Assembly (NCBI GenBank): GCA_036172245.1
Contig: JAYWIR010000007.1
Location: 2,852,001 to 2,916,000, forward strand
Source of the DNA: Raillietiella orientalis
Lineage: Eukaryota
DNA length: 64,000 nt
Direction of reading: 5' to 3'
Below are positions 1 to 11,998 of the stretch, in pieces; position 1 is the first letter of the stretch; every line of letters begins with the position of its first letter. The notes below the pieces were generated by a model, which was not told the DNA's origin, ran no database searches, and saw nothing but the letters and a program-made list of their open reading frames with translations. A program made the translations under genes and the position numbers.

Positions 1-400
1 GGAGATGAAGGATGCAGCCGTCTCCATCTTACAGGCGACCCCCAGCATGAAGATAAACCGCCAGGATGGCAAGTCTTTCCGCTATCCTCGACGCCCCTGA
101 GACCGGCGCCGGACGGGCAAGCCACTGCGCGGAGGCTCCTTGCTGACGCCCAAGATGGGAACTCCTCCCGCCTGAAATGGCTGCTGACGCAATCCAGCTA
201 TCCAGCATCCTCCAGTGGCCTCCTGGAGATCATGTTTCCCTTACAAAGTTCTCGCCTTGGCAGCCTGCTCGAAATCCTGGCTTGGCGCATGGTCAGAGCT
301 GTGGGAAAAGAGACTGCGCAGTTTCACTCATCGGATCAACAAGGAAGTCATGTCCTCACGGCAGGAAGCAACCACGAAGAGGTCCCTTGGCTCTCCTGGT
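1..400 (+). mobile_element. Decayed 3' end of a HERO-like RLE non-LTR retrotransposon
   Basis: Across frameshifts reads LLADAQD-WELLPPEMAA..ILQW, LLEIMFP, CFPYKV..SKSW..KRLRSF..INKEV..PWLSW, resembling HERO C-terminal motifs (LLATAxDW, LLELTVP, CFPVEVG, WLW). Motif recognition only; truncated by the window edge. Confidence 0.45.
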
Positions 401-1780
401 AGACCCTCAGGGAAAATGAAACGAGAGCTTCACTGCTACTATCTGTAAGAACAGGAGATGCTTGGGATGGTGAATGACTCTTTATCATCTGAATCTCTAT
501 AAGGATCACAGACCTTCTCAGCCCTTCTCGTCCTAGAATTCCCGGAACTTTATTCAAAGTAAACAAAATGAATAAATTTTGCATAGTAAGGAAGGGAATG
601 ACATTTGCCGGCCGGAAACGAAAGGAGATGAAACCTCTCTGGATCCAGAAGGAGAAACAAATTGGAGGAAGGCAGGGATGACAAATAAATGAAGAGAAGT
701 GCAATGAACCGGCTCCACGGTGGTAAACATGATTTTGGAAAAGAGACAAAAAGAGGTCCTGGGGTGCGTTCACCGGTTGTGATCTGCTTTACCCACAGTA
801 GATCAGATCTTCCTCCCTGAATCTGAATCTTACTTCGGCTTTACACCCTAGAATGGACTGTTTCGATGCTCTGCGCATGCAGTCTAGAAGACTGATGATG
901 GCGCCCCGGTATGGCAGCCAGAATCCTGTTCCCGGAGAGCACCGCTGTCCTCTCGCGGCAGATGACCACCAGAGAGAAAAAAACAGTGAGCTCGGGGGAG
1001 CAGATTGGTCTTCATGTCTGAAATTCAAGGAGGGTTCTCAGATCCGCGTCGGATCAGCGACCAAGCAAAAGAATTTCCGCCGAGTTGACTTCTGCTACGG
1101 AGCATGAATACACACGTAACTCGGTGGCACAGCCCAGAGGCTCAGGGACGCTTATTTCTCCCTCCTCGTTCTTCACTTTGTTCTCTTCCTCCTTCTTTTC
1201 TGGTAACTTCCTTCCGTTTGTTTGATCTGGTTCCACCTGGAACTTTCGAGGTCACCGCGAGTTTCCCATCCTTTCCACATTTCTCTCTTGAGCTCTTCCG
1301 TGTCTGCTCTCGCACTAAACCTCTATCGTCTGTCTCCTTCTGTCTATAACATCCTTGCTGAGGCTCTCCTTTCCTGCAGATTTCTAAGGGAGTCCCACCT
1401 TGTCCAAAATGAGGGACGTTCGACGGTGACATTTTCGACTATGAAGATCCTCCATCCTTCCTATTTCAATTTTCCCGTAATTTTTTCATGCCTCTCTCCT
1501 TTGCTTTTCATTCCTGCGTCCGAGAAACATCACTTCTCTTTCCACGGTGGACCACTTGGGTGACGAGGTTCCTGTCGCGTTCACCACGTCCGTGTGGAGC
1601 GCCCCGATCGGCTAACGGGAAGCTCTCGACTCTCCTGGAAGAGAGAGAGCCGAGAGAAACGCAGCATCGGGAAGCTCAGACAGAAAGAATGCTGTTGGTT
1701 TTCTCCGGGTGCCTGAGGCGTGTTCCATGTTTCCCGGAGTCAGCGCCGGGGCGGTCGTGGTGCAGCAGACTCGACACGAG

Positions 1781-2056
1781 CCGATGCAGCAAAGGAAGAA
1801 CTTGTGGAGCACTCCCTATGCAGACATTTCCTGGAGCTGGTTCCATGACTACTTGCCATCTTCTCTGTCTTCGAAGGAAACTTCTTAGCATCTCTTTTTT
1901 TTCCTATCAGGGACTTTTGTGAAGTGCTAGGCATCCATCCGTGAGGCATGCTTCCCCCATCCTTGGATGGGACACCAGGAAACGACTTGCTTGCGTCGTT
2001 GCTGCTCGGCTGGAATCAAGAGTGTTTGTCTATTCTCCTGAACTGAAACAGGGAGA
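1781..2056. repeat. Arm A of diverged inverted repeat pair (partner 4819-5093); possibly ORF1/gag-like non-LTR remnant on minus strand
   Basis: Reverse complement aligns with 4819-5093 at roughly 75% (shared blocks tgctaggcatccatccgtgag, ccaggaaacgacttgct, agacatttcctgga). Minus strand reads RGFPWEIPN..LAAYG (just outside the arm, ~2090-2185), KSFPGV, RKCLH, weakly L1/Tx1 ORF1-like. Confidence 0.8.
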
Positions 2057-4818
2057 TGCTGAAGACAGAGGCGCTTGTGGTTGTGGGCCTGGTTGCCATA
2101 TGCGGCAAGGTGAAGCGGATGCGCTGAGGAAACTGACCACTGGACACGTGAATGAGCATTCGGTATCTCCCAGGGAAAACCTCGCATGAGGCATGAAGAA
2201 CGTTTCGTTGGCAGCTTCCATGTCAGCCTTGCTCCTGAGGTGGCGAATCCTAATCCCTTCTCCCTGAGCTCCTCCAGGCATTTGGTTCGAAGGTATAGGC
2301 GGCAGCAGAAAGAAATTCAAAGTAACGATGCTGAGGTTGCAACTTTCTCCCGGTTAGGGTGGCAGTCTGGTTTTGGTCCCGGGAGCGCACCTGTTTCCAC
2401 AGATGTGCTTTGCATGCTTTAGGCATCAGCTTTTCGATTCGTCCTGTAGAAATGATTTAACGGGAAACAGAGATCTCCGGCCGATGTGAGGAGCAAACCG
2501 TAGCACGCATTTAGAGTATTTAAGGGCTTCCTTTCAATCTGAAGAGAAATAGAAAAGGGATTTCTCTAAAGAGAAATTCTTCCACAGAGACATAGATGCA
2601 TTGGCTTCGTTGCTTTCCGTTCTCTCACCAGCAGGTGAATGTTACATAAGGCAACTGACTGTCGGAAGGATTGCATGAAGAGCAAAAACACACATCCTAC
2701 AATGATCCTTTCCTTCATCCCATGGGTTTCAGTGTTAGTTTCGAGCCTGCGATGGAAAAAACGTTAGAGAGCCTTTCTTTGATTTTGTATACGAGATGTC
2801 TGCTGTTGTTGAATCGAAAGCGTTTCCTCTCTCTTGAGTTACCAGAGAGAGCTGAGTTCCTCCCTGCGATGAAATTTGCATCCAAGATGGCTTTCTAAAT
2901 GTCTCCCAAAGGTTTGCTAGGTGACCAGAAAGTTGAGAATTCGGAGTACATCCTCATCAGGATCGTTCTTTTCCTCCAGAAGGCCTTCTTGACGATGTAC
3001 GCAAGGATGCGGTTGTGAAGTGGCAGAACGATGGATGGAACACTGTGAATGGCAACACGAATTCTCTTGCTAAGGTTTAGCTCGGAAGATGATTTCAGCC
3101 ATGGCTTCTTTGAAAATTCATTCGTATTTGAATTACTCAATCCATATCCTCTGGAGGCCTTTCTGCTGGTGAAAGGTAAGGTGACCACAATTAAGACAAC
3201 GCCTGAACGGTGGAGTCAACCCTGGCATCGCTCTTCGGCTTATTTTACTCAGCGGCCTCAAGTTTCCAGCAATCTCCATTCTACTCATTATCGTGCTCCT
3301 ATCACGATCACGGCCTTGTTCTGAATGATGGATGAAAGAAGACTCAAACCATCCCGAGATGTAAACAAGAAAAGTAAAAGTTTGCGATAAGCAGTGCTCC
3401 TCGTGCCAAGCCTGCATAAGAAGCTGGCACCATTATCGTGTGGCTTGGTTGGCCTCGGTTCAGTGCGTGGGAGTGAAACACCTGATGCTTGCAGATTCAA
3501 ACTCCCACTCATTTGAAAAGGCGCCTCTTCTGAAGCGTTTGAGAAGAATCCTCCATCAGACGTTACTCGCGTTTGAGCACACTCTGCTTCCTTCCTTTCC
3601 ATTCGAAAGGTTCCACCTCTTCCGAAAGCATTCAGATAACACTGATCAGCTTCCCTGCTTCCTCATTGCTGCTTCTCCTTCACCTCGCTGAGCTCCACCC
3701 GGTCAGGTGTACTATAGACTACCTATGCCTTGTAGTCAGGGCGTTGCCGTTCGCAACCTTGTGCATCTTCCGAAGAAGCATGTGCCTGTTTTCTGGGAAT
3801 CTCAAGGATCCATTTCTCCTATTGTTCTGACTTATTCTCTCTCCAGCTTCACAAGAACTCACAAGACCCTGCTAAGGGATTGGGAAACTACTACTCTTGA
3901 AAGGATGCAGCATGGAGTATTACCCAGAAAGCAACGATCATGTGTTCCTTGCAGGCTGAAGTGCTACCTGGATCCGCTGACATCCTGGAAGCAGAGCTTT
4001 GCTCGATTTGCCTCAAGGAGAATAAAAAATATTAGCTTCAATGGGAACCCAATGATCACTTCCGGCTTCGTCACCTCCTCTGCACCTATGCGCGGAAGCC
4101 TGCTTCTCCCTGGAAACTGCAATCTCGAACAAGATCTTGCAACTAGTGTTCTTGGCACAATGCGGGATTTCAAGACAACTGGTCTGCGAGCAGTTTTGCG
4201 GATGGATTTTCCGTGTTGTTCCTGGAAAGTGGTAAAAAAAATGTCTTTCCAGCTTATCTCAAATTTGTTGATTGCACTGACGTTAAAAGTGGTAGAGAGG
4301 GAGATGGAGAGAAACCTTCTCATTCATCTTCCCCTGTCTCTTCTGTTCGACTCTGTGATTTCGTTCTGTTCTGTAATGGAGGAACTTTACAGGAGGTGAC
4401 CCGACCGACGTTTCCAGTATTCACTCAGGGACGATTGCATGCTTCAGGGTTTTCGGTTTTCTTAGCACTTCGACGCTTCCTTGGATCCCGAGATCCCAGA
4501 GATCCCTCGACGGCTGCTCTTGCAGTCTCGGGCTCTCCTCTGAAGACAGTTCTCACTTCTTGCTCTTCTCCCTCTGTCAAGCATTTCCCAACGCTGTTGG
4601 AGAATATCCGTTAGAGCAGGAGAGACCTGGAGAAACTATTTTTTCTTTTTCCTGAAACACTAGACCTGGTTCCAGCTTCAAGGCAGTTACCAGAATCGGT
4701 TTGCGGCGGCCACCAACTCCCAGTGCTTCAGATTTATATTCCAAACTCGAACCACCAGCGATCATGATCTGGTTGCTCAAGCATCTTCTGGTTTGGAGAT
4801 TCGTCTCACCTTCCTAAT

Positions 4819-5093
4819 TTCTCTGTCCCGGTTCAGACGTGGAGGCAAAAACTCATGACTCCAGCCGACCGGGAACGACACGAGCAAGTCGTTTCCTGGA
4901 GTCCCAGTTAGGAACGGGGGAATCATGACTCACGGATGGATGCCTAGCATCTAACAAAAGTCCCTATTAGGAAAAAAAAGATATACTAAGAGGTTTTTTT
5001 AGGAGGAAATGCAGGTGGCAAGTAACCATGGAACCAATTCCAGGAAATGTCTTCATCGGGAGAGCTCCACAAGTTTCTCCTTCGCTGCATCCG
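4819..5093. repeat. Arm B of diverged inverted repeat pair (partner 1781-2056)
   Basis: Direct alignment to the reverse complement of 1781-2056. Confidence 0.8.
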
Positions 5094-5415
5094 ATCCTGT
5101 TTGACGCAAGAATGTGCATTCGAGTCAGTAGTAACGGTCACAAGATACATTTCTCCCGGAGATCCTTTGTCAGTTATTGTGAAATGTGAACCCTTTTCTT
5201 CCTTCAAGAGCATTTTCATCGGAGAAGATTGACTAACTTTCTCTGGGATCCTTCACACGAAAAGGGTGCGCAACTCTTTCTGCTATTCGCTACTCAATCT
5301 TCCCACTTGAGAAGACGGAAGATCACTAATCTCAGGCACCGATGGATCTTCAAAAACTGCTTCAGATAAAGGAAATCTTTTCGGGCTTTTCTGTTTCGTT
5401 GCTTTCCCTCCAGCC

Positions 5416-6149
5416 TTTTTTTTTTCCGGGTTTTCCTTTTTTTTTGATTCTCTAGATACACGAGGACCTTTCGCCTCCGTACGTGGCTCACGAAGCTCTT
5501 TAACAGTTTCCTCTTCCACTAGAGGGTGCATGTAACTCTTCAAGTCAAGGGGTTCCTTGGGAGTGGACCACCCTATAAATCCTGGAGGACTCTGGAGGAA
5601 GCAGTCCTTTTCTCTTGCTCTTGGGAGGAAACCCCAAAGGGAATTCTCGTCCTGGTTGTCTCCAAACGGAACCCTGGAGGTAAACCTCTTCCTCATTCTT
5701 TCCAAAAGGAACCCCAGAAGAAGTCTCTCCTGGATATTCTTCTGCGGAGGTTCCTCGAAGGGAGCAGCGCGCTTTTGTAGCACTCTGAAGAAACAACTCC
5801 CGATCTCAAGAGTTGTTTTCTTCTCGACCATCTCCATGGTATCCAATGGAGGGGCTTCCCCTGAGGGAAGGGGGCGGATTCATTTTCGCAACCGGAGGGA
5901 ATGACTCCCTGACTCCTGGAAAGACCACGGAGGGTCTACTCCCAATCCCGTCCAGTCAACAGGGGCATCCGGTTACCGGCTCCCAGCAGTGCGGCACCCG
6001 AAGCTCCTAGATTAACCAGCGTCATCCTGAGAGAGGGACTCGCAACTCACGACGCACTCATTTGTCGACGCCGATCCTCCAGGTGGGGATTCGAACCCAC
6101 ACCTCTTGGCTCCACGCGCAGAGACCACAGCCACACGGCCGCCAACGCG
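5416..6149 (-). mobile_element. tRNA-headed SINE-like / structured Pol III element, copy A
   Basis: Minus-strand 5' end has A-box-like TGGCGGCCGTGTGG and B-box GGTTCGAATCC. Body is collinear with 27151-27899. A-rich tail at 5416-5445 on the minus strand. Confidence 0.75.
6078..6149 (-). pseudogene. tRNA-derived head (tRNA-His-like), not an intact tRNA
   Basis: CTCTGCGCGTGG resembles the tRNA-His(GTG) anticodon arm; T-arm GTGGG-TTCGAAT-CCCCAC is present; the acceptor stem does not close properly. Confidence 0.55.
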
Positions 6150-6234
6150 ATCCGAGATCGAAAAGCTGCATCTTTCGAAGGAAAACTCAAACGAGTGCTG
6201 TTTCCCCCTCCCCTCCCGCTTTTTTTTATAGTCT

Positions 6235-6480
6235 TGGTCGTGGAGGCTGGAATCCTCAGCTTTCCCCAAATCGTGAAGCCATTCGCCGATGAAAATCGCA
6301 GTCCCTCTTCTTTGTACATCTCCTGTGCGATGTTTTCTGAGAGAATAGGCATCGTCGGGAAAAGGCGCTCCCTGTTCCGTTGACAGCGTTTATCGCAGGC
6401 ACTGTCGCGGAGCGGAGTTCTTGAACTCATCAAGTCCGCCTTTGGCTCGGAACCACCCTGACAGGCAACCTCTGCCATCC
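6235..6480 (-). pseudogene. Possible decayed mitochondrial carrier (SLC25)-like fragment
   Basis: TPLRDSACDKRCQ...IAQEMYKEEGLRF..GFTIWGKLRIP loosely resembles Px[DE]xx[KR]xR ... IYKEEGLRGFYKG. Weak. Confidence 0.25.
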
Positions 6481-7582
6481 AACCACTTTGCGTAGGCACA
6501 GCCTCTGCAGTCATGGAGGCGGAGGGCCTGGCTGTTTCGTCAACAGGTCAAACTCTAGCTGGCATCAGCTCGGCTTCCACAGGTCTTCGGATAATAAATC
6601 GCTCTGCCGGGTTCATCCAACTGCAGCGAAAACTCTCCAGCTCCTCAACTTCAATCTCAGACCCGAACCTGGGACGAAGCTTCTCATGCTGAACGGGGAA
6701 AAAGGGGAAAGAAAGAAAAAAAATTCCATCGCAATTCCACTGAGAAATTTCCTGCAGCCCGCGCGAGAGCTTCACTTTCGAAGGTCTGAAGCAGATGCAG
6801 TCTCAGTTTCCTACTGTATTATCTTTGCAATTGGGTTCGTTCGGATTCAACATTCTATGGAAACAGCGCTCTCTCAGTTGATTACGTAACTTCAAAATTT
6901 TTTGTTTAGTCCGCTATGTTGTTGTGCTTACGGGCGTTCGCAACACTTTCGACTGGAAGACGTTCGCCTTGGAAGTTTCTTGCTCTTCGTGCAACTGGTT
7001 TACCTGCATCCCCAAGCGTCCACACACGGAGATGCGAATGTTCCATCAGCTGACTGGAAAAAAAAATGCGATTTCTCCATGGACCATCTATAGATCAGGA
7101 ACCCGGAGTGCTACCTTTCCGTGCAAAGGATTTGGTTTACTTCATGGTGATAGTAACGCTGGGTTGCATTGCAACCCCTTGATCTTGCGCGAAATTGAAG
7201 TCGCGTGCGTTTTGAAACCGCGTGTGACCGCGCTACTTTCTTTGCACTCTGCTTAACTCTGCCCTGGAAAAGAATGCATAATTCCCTGGAGGACTCTTCA
7301 CTCTCGGCTCTTCGGTGACGCGTGCGCTTCCCTTTTCGCAAGAATCCCAAATCCTCTTCTCCCTGAGATCCCCTGCGTTCACCGAACACTTCCCTGTTCT
7401 CCTAGGGGTGCTCACGTAAGAGCTACCGCCGCAGTCTTCACTTCTCAGTTCCGATACGACCAGCTGTCCTCCGGTTTCTCGCTCACCTTGTCGCAAGCAT
7501 CACCGCAATCCTTCTTTTTTTCAGTGGCAACCAAGGAATGATGGGATAAGGCTCCTCTAAAGGAATTCAATGCCAACTACCT

Positions 7583-7763
7583 CAGTGCATGCTCCAGCCT
7601 CGTGACCGATTTCTCGTATTCCCTGGATGTATTTCGCAGTGCATGCTCTGGCCTTGTGCCTTATTTCTCCTGTTTCCCGGTTGTAGTTGCACAGTGCACG
7701 CTCTAGCCTCGTACCTAGTTCCTCTTATTCCCTGGATGTAGTTGTACAAGGTCCTTCAGCCTC
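7583..7763. repeat. Diverged tandem repeat, 54-55 bp unit, ~3.3 copies
   Basis: Units start at 7583, 7637 and 7692 (cagtgca) and at 7747 (partial); recurrent tattccctggatgta. Confidence 0.85.
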
Positions 7764-7920
7764 TATCCTTAGTGCAACCCGAAGAGGGTTTTGCTACATA
7801 TTTAAGCGAATTATTCCACCACTTTGATCGTAAAAGGTACACTTGCATCTTGCGCACAACCAAGAAGCCGATGCGCACTCCGGTAGCCTCTTGCCAAGTG
7901 GGAAACAGAACATTTTGTGC

Positions 7921-8069
7921 TTGCTCCCCCATTTATCTGCTCGCCACGTGATTGTTCCCCATTTATCTGCTCACCACGTGATTGTTCCCCCATTTATCTG
8001 CTCACCACGTGATTGTTCCCCATTTATCTGCTCACCATGTGATTGCTCCCCCATTTATCTGCTTACCAT
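7921..8069. repeat. Minisatellite, 30-31 bp unit, ~5 copies
   Basis: Head-to-tail ttgttcccc(c)atttatctgctcaccacgtga with no spacers. Confidence 0.95.
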
Positions 8070-11000
8070 TGTGCCCGACACCTGCAATTCTGCATCACGA
8101 GACGTGACGTCTGGATTGACAGCATCAAAAGGGCAACTCACGGATCGGCAGCCAAGCGACAGCAAGTGTGGAGCTTCTCTGAGGCTCGATCCCGTCCCGG
8201 AAAGAGAGGAACCGCTTCATCATACAAGAAGCATGCTGCTCATTTGAAAGCACCAGCAACCTTCAAGAAAATATACTGAAGACGGGAAGGAACATATGGA
8301 AGACGCGCGCTCTCCTTCATTCTCAGGAGGTACCGGAACATCGGCTCGCATGAATCATTGTCCGGTCACTAGGATCCAAGGATCAATGTCAAGAACGACA
8401 GTGTGCCCTGCAGGAGCTGGGAGTTTCAAGAACATACACGAATCAGTTCTGTTTGTTCATTGAACTGAGGGATTACATGGAGTAAGGAAGCAGGGATCTT
8501 TACGATCTTTGCCATCTTCGTGTCCATTCCATCTTCTTGTCCCGTCTGTATGAGTTCACGGAATCGTTTTCAAATATTCCCTGTCCACATGATCATCAGT
8601 TGGTATTTGTTCTTGGACATCAATGTTCTGGGCTATTCCTTCATCGGGAGGATGCTCCAATCAAACAGATGTCGCCTCTATATTGGATATCAGAAGAAAC
8701 CATTAGACGCCTCAATTTGTCGAAGTACAGCAAAGAGATCTTTAGTTCTCGCATTACCCCTTCATTAGGGGGATCCTGAAACCCTAGAAAGCCAAATATT
8801 AGGGCACTGAGGGTCAACTGAACTACTATAGTCGACAGCGAAGCCGCGAGGTCTCGATCACACCTGAAAGTGTCAAAAGGACCCTGGAATAAGCAGAAAA
8901 CGTTCAGAGTGACGATTCCTGTCACCTTACGCAGTACCAGAACCGGACAGAGACGAAACTTCACTCTTCGGAGGAGCTTATTGCAGGAAATCACTTCCCA
9001 GCTCTATTCATTTGCCGCCTAAAGCAGCTGGAGCAATCCTTACAAGAGTGCCAAAACAGGAGACTCATAAAGCTGTGAAGGACGGTAGTGCTGGAAGAAT
9101 CGATTTCGCAGGTTTAAGGAGCTTTGGAGACACCGCTGCCAGAAATTCTTTTCCGAAGCTCCCTTGCTCTCAGAGGGGAAAATTTTCTTTCGTTAGCTAA
9201 TGAGATGATTTCCATCGATCGGACTTAGTGATAAGGCTTTGGCATCTTTCCTGATGAATGCTGTTATTGTACTTCAGAATTCTTCAGTATTCCCGGTCGC
9301 CATTCAGGATTGCAAGACACTCCTCTTCACTGTTTTCGGAAATGAAGGACGCTTTCAAAAATCATAGTGAGCAAGGAAAATCACTCTATTCCACGAGGCT
9401 TGTAGACAGGATCAAGCTTTTAGATACTGGGAGAGTGCCGTTCCTGTTGATCCTTTGTTATGAGAGGAACAAAAACAAAACTTGCAATCGGCATCTGGAT
9501 CAACTGCATGGAAAATGGCAGTGAAATCAGCGACCCAACGTTTGGAGTGGAACTGGCGAGATTTTCAATTTGAAAAACCGACTACGATTGGTGATTTATC
9601 GAAAAAATGGTATTTTGCCCACCCTCGTTATCCAGCCGTGCCACCAGCAGTGGCAAGAGCTGTCGATCTTTTTTGTCGATTGGGATTTTGTTTATATAGG
9701 GCGCTCAAGGCGCAAGACAGATATCCATGCAAGGAAAATCTTCATTAGTTTCGAAAGTCAGCTAAGTACGAATCCTCTCTGTGCCTCCTTAGGATTTTGC
9801 GTCCATCAGTTATCCATGATGACTCCAGCTGAGGTGGCACCTTTTCTTCCTTTCCTTCTATAGTGAAGAACAACCTTGGTATTCCTTTAGAAGAAAGCTG
9901 TTCTGTTCACATGTCTCTACGTGCAAAGACTACTGACGGGTTGCGAGAAATGACGTAACCGGTTTTTCTGCCAGCAACGCAATCAATCTTCTCTCTTCTC
10001 ATCATTCCCCGCACGAGTCTGTCGTTCTTGGAGCTTCATTGCAGTTCAGCCAGTGCTTCCAACATATGTCCAGAAAGCTCCTGATTCTTAGGAAACCATT
10101 TCTCTACTGATGTGCTCCACCTATCACCTAGGGATCTCCATCCTTCTCATGCCAGGTTTTCTGGCAAGCATGATCTCATGGATCGGCATTGGGATCGTTT
10201 TTACTGATACAGGCACTTCGGAGAAGTGAAGATCCGATCCCAGATAGATGTTCTCCTTTCTCTTTGCATTTCTTCCGGTATCACCACTTGGTTATCAAAT
10301 ATGCAGGTGAATTTCAGTATTCCTTCATCCTGGAGCATCAGATTTTGTCAAAGATTTTGTCAATCCATCCCAGCTGCTTAAAAGCTGCCATTCCGACGTT
10401 TCCAAAGTATGGCAACCCTCTGGATCTGGATCGCCAGCTCATGTTGCCTTCCGGCAATCAGATTGAATCTGCACTTCTTGTGTCTGAAGATGTGTTTGAA
10501 GAACTTTCTCTGAACATTCAATGCATCTCATTCCGGATTCGGTGCTGTCCACACTGACAGCCGTACGGAGTGGACGAATCCTTAGTCCTCCCAACCCAAT
10601 TACTCTGTAAGGCTCCTCCAGTAATAACAGGGAACATCGCCATGTATGGTGTGTTTGACGTGAGTCAGAGTCAAAGTCCTTAGTCAGAGTGTTTTTCTGC
10701 AATCCAGAACCATGCTTTGCTTCTTTGGATGATGAACAGAACGAAGGTGATTTTCCTTCTCCCGTGAAGATCAGAAGTTAATTCCCAAACGGAGATTTCC
10801 GAGTCGTTTTCAATCGAGCACCCGGCTGCATGCCCACTCGGGCCATCTCCTTTAACCATGGAATCGGCTTGATTCTTCTTATTCCGAAGGATGCTAAGAT
10901 TCGATCATTTTTTCAAATTTCGGCCACTTCGGGAACAAACAGGAGTTTCCACTTTCCAAGCATCTCTATCATGGAGAGTTTCCGTTCTTTTTAGAAAATA

Positions 11001-11084
11001 CAGGAGAAAAGTGCGTTTCAGGTGGTCATACGGTGAGTTTTTCTTTTCGACAGCTAGGATGGCAACTCTTCCTGTGCTATTCAC

Positions 11085-11267
11085 CCATGATGATTGCTTT
11101 CCTTGAGCTAATTGGGTTTTCAACCTCCCTCCTAGGTGCAGCTCCATTTTGCGACTGTCAAGAAAGTCTTGCAGTACTTGAGCTGAAGGGATGCAGCTCT
11201 TCTCTTTTCCTCTTCCGTCTTTTCTCTCGGTGATTCGTGGTTTCTTCACCTGCTGCAAATTTAACCC
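11085..11267 (-). repeat. Exon-like module Y (direct repeat with 14533-14693)
   Basis: About 80-85% identical to 14533-14693; on the minus strand bounded by tttgcagcag acceptor and gtgaat donor. Confidence 0.85.
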
Positions 11268-11857
11268 CCCGAATTTACAGAGGCACATCATGCTTCGTTC
11301 TTTCAGGCTGAAGAGCTTCTCCTTCCCAGGTAAAATCAGCTGAGTGGTTCTTCTTCTCTCGCTGGACCAAGTGCAGCTCCTAGCTTGAAGTACCAAGAAC
11401 ACGAAATGGCTTCAGGGACAGTACGGTTCGTGCGAAAAAGAAGTGCTGCACGATCCATGCCGTACAGCTCCGCAACTTTTTGCGACCATCCCCGAATACA
11501 AGACGTTTCCTTTTCCTCGTAGAGCATGGTGACGTATGGAAGGAAACTTTAGCACTTTCCCCAGCATTTTCTTCATTTTAGGATTGGACCCGAAACTTGA
11601 AGAGCTCGTCTGCTAGATGGCAGGTTTCATGCAAGCTGCAATGAATGCACTTCAGCCGAAGGTTCCATGCCTACTTGTATTTAAAGAAGATTTCGAAGCC
11701 AGCTAAAGCAATTCCATAGGGTCGTAGAAATCTTATCTCCGTGGATTTTCAGCGCAGTGAATTTGTTTTTCTTCCTTCTTGTTCAACCGACGCTTGCTGT
11801 AGGAGCCCATTTTCAAGCCCATTTTTCGTTTCATCCCATCCCGTCGAAGAACAAGCT

Positions 11858-11998
11858 GGGCGTTCCTCCTGACTCGTAAGCTGGTATCGAAGTTTCATGT
11901 GATGGGGACTCCCGGGTGATTTGATGTGGAGATGACCCTCTCAATGATGAACACCAGGTACGCTCACTTTCAGTACTGGAAAAATGCTCACATGCTGC
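11858..11998 (-). repeat. Exon-like module X (inverted paralogue of 13356-13493)
   Basis: tttttccag acceptor, then TESERTWCSSLRGSS..PAYESGGTP; ~80% identical to 13356-13493 with several synonymous differences. Confidence 0.8.

Noticed and set aside
3707..4399. 230 aa ORF as a gene
   Set aside because: GTG start, no domain, crosses apparent intron-like polypyrimidine tracts.
7921..8069. CRISPR-like array
   Set aside because: Repeats are head-to-tail with no unique spacers, there are no cas genes, and the context is eukaryotic.
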